Source of the DNA: Archangium violaceum Cb vi76
Lineage (GTDB): Bacteria > Myxococcota > Myxococcia > Myxococcales > Myxococcaceae
Length of the DNA stretch: 32,000 bases
Reading direction: 5' to 3'
NCBI RefSeq assembly: GCF_000733295.1
Contig: NZ_JPMI01000075.1
Coordinates: forward strand, 18,240 to 50,239
A program made the translations under genes and the position numbers. This document shows positions 27,958 to 32,000 of the stretch, piece after piece (the first letter of the stretch is position 1; each line of letters opens with the position of its first letter). Below the pieces are notes generated by a model that saw only the letters and a list, made by a program, of their open reading frames with translations, was not told where the DNA came from and ran no database searches.

Positions 27958-28335
27958 CTATCCAGGGGGAGGAGGGGAGTAGTCGAAGAGACGGAAGAGA
28001 TCGGCGGGAGAGGTGTCGGCCGTCAGGTCGAGCTGTGCGCTGGCGCCCTTGTCACAGAAGTGGAGGCGCTCGGCCGAGGGGACGAAGGAGCGGACCCAGA
28101 GAGCGAACTCGGCGACATCGCGGAGGTCGCCGTCCAAGGCAATGCCCGAGCCATCGCGGCGCAGAGCGCCCTCCAGCCTGGAGTGGACCATGGGAAGCGT
28201 GAACTCGAAGCGGTCGAGACTCCCGGGGCCCGTGTCCTCCTCGAGCGTGGCGTTGGACCAGCGTGTCAGCAGCCGGTGTTTGAAGTCCCGGGCGGAGAAA
28301 CGCCAGCCCGAGAGCATGACGAGGAAGTAGTTCAC
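27958..28335 (-). CDS. Hypothetical protein (125 aa), first of two tandem paralogs
   Basis: A GTG start at 28335 overlaps the TGA of the upstream ORF (GTGA). The alternative ATG at 28395 would overlap the upstream gene by 64 nt. Confidence 0.5.
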   Translation of the reverse strand: MNYFLVMLSGWRFSARDFKHRLLTRWSNATLEEDTGPGSLDRFEFTLPMVHSRLEGALRRDGSGIALDGDLRDVAEFALWVRSFVPSAERLHFCDKGASAQLDLTADTSPADLFRLFDYSPPPPG

Positions 28336-28727
28336 TCCTCCGAGTTCTCCATCGCATCCAACTCTTCGATGGAGGGGAAGCGGATGAAGACCCACTCACC
28401 GTCGCGCATGCGTGTGACGTTGTGGCGAGTACCCGCGATGACAATGACCGCCTCATAGGGCACAGCCACCTGGGCCCGCAGCCAGGCCAGGGCCTCATCC
28501 CTGGTGCCGAAGGAACGTAGGGGCTTCGGCCAGGCTTCTTCTGTGTTGAAAACCCTGACGTACTCCCAGAAATCCTTCATCCGGCCGATGTGCTGGACGA
28601 AGTGAAGCGCCAGTGCTGCGGTCTTGATGGTGGCGACCGTCTCCGGCTCGTGCGCGTGCTGTTCGTCCAGCGTTCCGAGGGAGTTCATGAGGTCTTCCAG
28701 CTTGGAATCCATGCTCCCCGCATACAT
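28332..28727 (-). CDS. Hypothetical protein (about 126-131 aa)
   Basis: Clean ORF with lower GC3 than the window average. Sequence MDSKLEDLMNSLGTLDEQ…; no motif recognised. Its 5' end abuts or overlaps the truncated 5' edge of the plus-strand phosphoesterase relic. Confidence 0.55.
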   Translation of the reverse strand: MYAGSMDSKLEDLMNSLGTLDEQHAHEPETVATIKTAALALHFVQHIGRMKDFWEYVRVFNTEEAWPKPLRSFGTRDEALAWLRAQVAVPYEAVIVIAGTRHNVTRMRDGEWVFIRFPSIEELDAMENSEE

Positions 28728-29646
28728 GGCGGAACATCGACGAGCTGCTGAAGGACGGGCCCATCGACCTCGTCTGTTTCACCGGCGATGTGGCCGACTG
28801 GGGCAAGCCCGAGGAGTACGGGCCCGCCACCGATTTCATCCAAGCGCTTCTCGAGCGCCTCTCCCTTCCTGTCGAGCGACTCTTCCTCGTCCCTGGCAAC
28901 CACGACATCGACCGCACGCAGGGCAAGAGCGCCTGGTCGAAGCTGAGAGGCAAGAAGGGTCTGCTCTTCCAGGTGAATCCGCTCGACCTGTCGCGCTGGA
29001 TGGCGGGAGGACGGCCACCGCTCGGTCTGGAAAAGGTCAAGCGCGAGGTGGCTCTCCCGGCAGGGTGCCTATCGCGAGTGGGTCTCCACGAAGCTGGGGC
29101 GGAAGGAGCTCGTCCCGTCCGAGAAGTCGCCCCACCCCTTCCTGGGCTACCGCCAGACACTCCGGCTTCCAGGCCAGCCATTCGACATGCATATCGTGGG
29201 CCTCGACTCCGCGTGGCTCGCGGGCGATGACGACGACAAGGGGAAGTTGCTCCTCACGACGAACCAGGTAGGGCGGCTGACCACCGATGCCCAAGGGGAG
29301 CGCCTGTCGGGCTTCCGCCTCGCCCTTGTCCACCACCCTGGGGGACGTGCGGTCGCGGGCGGTGGCGATGGGGAAGGTGGCGGACATCCTCCAGGCAAGA
29401 GGGGAGATGGAGGAGGCGCTGAGGATACGGCGGGAGGAGGAGTTGCCCGTCTACGAGCGGCTGGGGGACGTGCGGTCGTTGCTGGTTGGCCGCGCCAATC
29501 TGGCGCTGCTCTACTTGCAGCGAGGTCGACCAGAAGACCGGAACCTGGCCGCCGAGCTTCTTCGGCTGGCGCTAACGTCAGCGGAAGCCCTCCGGCTTCC
29601 CGAAGCCGTACAGATTCGGGATATCCAACGTCACTTTGGCCTGTAG
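28721..29646 (+). pseudogene. Relic of a metallophosphoesterase-…-TPR protein: 5'-truncated, one frameshift, one large internal deletion
   Basis: Segment 1 (frame 2): WRNIDELLKDGPIDLVCFTGDVADWG…LFLVPGNHDIDR. Segment 2 (frame 0, from about 29040): AYREWVSTKLG…MHIVGLDSAWLAGDDDDKGKL…LALVHHP. Segment 3 (frame 1, from about 29338): LGDVRSRAVAMGKVADILQARGEMEEALRIRREEELPVYERLGDVRS…. The N-terminal metal-binding D-x-H block is missing. Confidence 0.6.
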
Positions 29647-29753
29647 AGGCTCGGAACCCGAGTTGCACGGGTGTGAATGCGGCGGTGCCTATTCCGCGAG
29701 TTGGATTCGAAAGGCTACCGGCAGGGTCACGTATGGAATAGGATGCACCGGGC

Positions 29754-30677
29754 ATGCATGTCCGCCCTCCCGCCCTGGTCTCCAGGGTCGTTGTCGTGCT
29801 TCTGGCCCTCCTGCTGCCACATGTCACGCAGGCGGATCCGTCATCGTGGCGCCCCATCGTGCTCTCCGAGCTACCACCGGGCCACATGGCCGAAATCCGG
29901 GTCGCCGCCGACGTTCCCACGTTGGTGCGCTTCGAATCCGAGCTCGATCCGGCGGGGACGCGGCTCCAAGAGCAGAACTCGTCTCCCTTCGAGTCGCTGG
30001 ACGTCTCCGGTCGCTTGTTGTTGCTCCACCCCTCGGCCAGCGCATGGCTCCTGCCACGCATGCACCTTCAGGTCCGTCGGATGGACGGCACGAGCCTGAT
30101 CCTCGTGCTCGTCCCCAGTCCTCCCGCCCTGGCGGATGCGCAGGTGGACGTCTTCCTCCACCCGTTCTCACCCGGGGCGCTGCGGGCTGCTCTGGAGAGG
30201 GTGGGCGCCGAGCATGAGGCGCTGAAGCTCCAGTACGCTTCGTCCCAGGCCGAACTCGCGCGTTATCGCGATGACGAGTTCAATGCCGATGTCGCCATCG
30301 CGGTGTTGCTGCTCGACGACGAAGCTTCCTCCCATCTGGTGAAGGACAACGTCCTCGAGGTCAAGAACGCGGATGTGCGGGCAAGTGCCTGGTTCGTGCG
30401 TCTCGCCGGGCGCTCGGCCTACGTCTTCCTCGTGATGAACCGCCACCGCACGGAGAACTGGACTCTGGGGCAGGGGTTGATTCTCAACGACAGGACCCGG
30501 GAGTCTCTCCCCGTCATCGTCCGGGCCCGTCCATCCATCATTCCACCCGGCGGAAGTGGGCGTGTCGTGCTCGTCACTCGAACTCCGCCCTCGGCGGGCA
30601 AGGCACGCTATGAAGTCCAACTCCAGGGGCCGGACGGTCCCAGATGGCAGCTCTGCTATTATGGGGCGGAGCTCTGA
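29754..30677 (+). CDS. Secreted DUF2381-like protein (Myxococcus paralogous family, from memory)
   Basis: Signal peptide VVVVLLALLLPHVTQA. It has a beta-rich N-terminal half, a coiled segment (ALKLQYASSQAELARYRDDE), and a C-terminal beta domain. Confidence 0.55.
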   Translation: MHVRPPALVSRVVVVLLALLLPHVTQADPSSWRPIVLSELPPGHMAEIRVAADVPTLVRFESELDPAGTRLQEQNSSPFESLDVSGRLLLLHPSASAWLLPRMHLQVRRMDGTSLILVLVPSPPALADAQVDVFLHPFSPGALRAALERVGAEHEALKLQYASSQAELARYRDDEFNADVAIAVLLLDDEASSHLVKDNVLEVKNADVRASAWFVRLAGRSAYVFLVMNRHRTENWTLGQGLILNDRTRESLPVIVRARPSIIPPGGSGRVVLVTRTPPSAGKARYEVQLQGPDGPRWQLCYYGAEL

Positions 30678-30714
30678 GCTTCGCGGGCCAGGGCTTCATT
30701 CCCCACAGAGGTTC

Positions 30715-31293
30715 ATGGACATGTCCCCGAGGAGAAGGCTTTACCTGCTCGCACTGGGAGCCCTGGCGTTTCTTTTCACCGCCTGCTCCGGTGTCCGCTT
30801 GCGGCCCGATGGAACTCCCGAGCCTCAGGACTGCCCACGTGAGGCCCTCGACGCCATGGCTCGGCTGGGAATCCATCCCAAGGACTCCCTCACGGTGCTC
30901 GTGGATGAGCGGTGGGGCGATCGCGGCGCGACACGGCTGGAGGAGGGTCCTGTCGTCGGCTACCTGGACTCGTCCCATGAGCAACTGCCCGAGAGGACCC
31001 GGCTGTTCGGGCAGGTCTGGACAGCGGGAGAGATGGTCACCGTGAGGTATTACGAGGCCGAGGTTCCTGGGCGGAGCCGGATGCCTTTCTGTGCCGAGGT
31101 CGACGACAGTGGTGGGCAGGTGAAGGATCCGTCATCGCCCCGAGGCGTGGCCATCATCCAGGACAATGTCGCCAATGCGAGGGTGGTCGCGCGTTATGGC
31201 GAGGTCGATCCTTCCCGGCCGAAAGGCCGGTTGTACATCTACGGGGACGTCGAGGAATTGCCGCCGGATGTGCGGGATTCGTTGAAGAAGTGA
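30715..31293 (+). CDS. Putative lipoprotein (192 aa)
   Basis: Start trimmed to MDMSPRRRLYLLALGALAFLFTAC|SG. It lies 37 nt downstream of the DUF2381-like gene. Confidence 0.6.
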   Translation: MDMSPRRRLYLLALGALAFLFTACSGVRLRPDGTPEPQDCPREALDAMARLGIHPKDSLTVLVDERWGDRGATRLEEGPVVGYLDSSHEQLPERTRLFGQVWTAGEMVTVRYYEAEVPGRSRMPFCAEVDDSGGQVKDPSSPRGVAIIQDNVANARVVARYGEVDPSRPKGRLYIYGDVEELPPDVRDSLKK

Positions 31294-31303
31294 GGCTGTT
31301 TGG

Positions 31304-31456
31304 GTGCAATGCCCTCCGCGGAATGAAACCCAGGTCGACCACAAAACGCCCAAGGCCAAGGGCGGCTCTGGCGATGTGGACAATGCCCAGGTGCTCTGTA
31401 GGGACTACAACCTCAAGAAGGGGAGCAAGGAGCCACAGAAGGAGGAAACGCCATGA
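31304..31456 (+). pseudogene. Orphan HNH-type nuclease tip (about 50 codons)
   Basis: The frame translates to (V)QCPPRNETQVDHKTPKAKGGSGDVDNAQVLCRDYNLKKGSKEPQKEETP*. This is an HNH core pattern (…DH..P…GG…N…LC…N..KG) with only two of the four usual Cys. There is no upstream toxin body. The stop overlaps the next ATG as ATGA. Confidence 0.45.
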
Positions 31457-31908
31457 CTTCATCCAGCGCGGATGGACGGATCAAGGTCGTCGTCAAGCTG
31501 GAGAAAGATGAAGACGACTACCCTCCCGTTGACTACGAGGGGCTGTGGGCGCTCCCCATTGGCGAGGGGTTGTTCCAGATTGACAACGTTCCCTTCTTCG
31601 CCAGGGGCATCGCCCATGGCGACATCGTTTCCGCTACGTTCGAGCAGCAGGAGCTTCGTTTCCGGGATGTCGTGCGCCCCTCGGGCCACAGCACCCTTCG
31701 CCTCATCATCTATGACGAGAAGGACATTCCTTCCGTCAGGGCTCTGCTCGAGGAGATGGGTTGCTCCATTGAGCAAAGCCACATCCCGGGGCTGATCTCC
31801 GTGGACGTTCCCCCCACTGTCTCCCTGGCGGTGTTGAGGACGTCCCTGGACGAAGGCGAGGCCCAGGAGCGATGGGGTTACGAAGAGGCCTGTCTCGCCT
31901 CGATTTGA
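31453..31908 (+). CDS. DUF4265-like protein, candidate immunity protein
   Basis: A strong AAGGAGGA RBS lies 6 nt upstream. The sequence …EGLWALPIGEGLFQIDNVPFFARGIAHGDIVSA…RPSGHSTLRL… matches my memory of DUF4265. GC3 is lower than the window average. Confidence 0.65.
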   Translation: MTSSSADGRIKVVVKLEKDEDDYPPVDYEGLWALPIGEGLFQIDNVPFFARGIAHGDIVSATFEQQELRFRDVVRPSGHSTLRLIIYDEKDIPSVRALLEEMGCSIEQSHIPGLISVDVPPTVSLAVLRTSLDEGEAQERWGYEEACLASI

Positions 31909-32000
31909 CCCCATCGGCTCATGGTTTCACCGGGTGCATCCCATTGCGTGGTCGCGCACGATGGCGAGAGCGATTCCTTCCGGCTGCCGGGGCGGGTATC

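Noticed and set aside
29147-30217. ORFs 29147-30061 (minus strand, 304 aa) and 29636-30217 (plus strand, 193 aa).
   Set aside because: They overlap the DUF2381-like gene and the TPR relic in other frames. Their composition is Ser/Arg/Pro/Gly-rich with no signal peptide or motifs.
31921-32000. A possible gene start (ATG at 31921, MVSPGASHCVVAHDGESDSF…) running off the window edge.
   Set aside because: Only about 26 codons are visible and no RBS or motif is present, so the evidence is insufficient to call a feature.

Overview
This is a high-GC chromosomal window with GC3-saturated codons. It looks myxobacterial: a Ser/Thr kinase carrying a PilZ-like domain, Myxococcales-style paralog families, and many lipoproteins. 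No rRNA, tRNA, CRISPR array, transposase or integrase was recognised.

**1-11.8 kb, housekeeping.**
- A hypothetical gene tail, a small lipoprotein and a conserved hypothetical.
- A Ser/Thr kinase-PilZ-J-like protein, an AGPS-like FAD oxidase and a DUF2804-like protein.
- A three-gene periplasmic formate dehydrogenase operon. Its alpha subunit is a selenoprotein: an in-frame TGA at 11218-11220 followed by a SECIS-like hairpin.

**11.9-19.6 kb, the most unusual part.** This is a minus-strand array of nine genes built from a diverged tandem duplication. Each unit has a single-pass membrane helical protein (A), a secreted HEAT-like repeat protein (B) and minimal secreted M23 (beta-lytic/LasA-like) peptidases (P). 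The order is A2-B2-P5-P4-P3-A1-B1-P2-P1. The last peptidase of each unit (P4, P1) has lost catalytic histidines. I flag this as a candidate undescribed bacteriolytic effector plus guard/immunity module.

**19.8-24.5 kb, a 4.6-kb insertion.** It is bracketed by a 30-bp direct repeat derived from the 3' part of a CrtI-family oxidoreductase gene. It carries a decayed defence-like operon:
- a large gene with an N-terminal conserved domain and a P-loop-less ABC-type ATPase C-terminus, broken by two compensating homopolymer frameshifts;
- two translationally coupled small ORFs resembling a split HNH (TIGR02646-like) partner;
- two cargo genes.

**24.3-27.6 kb.** Oxidoreductase, SDR and a Uma2-family endonuclease.

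**27.6-31.9 kb, a mosaic of small coupled ORFs and relics.**
- Tandem paralogs separated only by an in-frame TAG.
- A metallophosphoesterase-TPR deletion relic.
- A DUF2381-like protein plus lipoprotein pair.
- An orphan HNH toxin tip with a DUF4265-like immunity gene.

All family names come from motif recognition by eye and memory. No searches were run.
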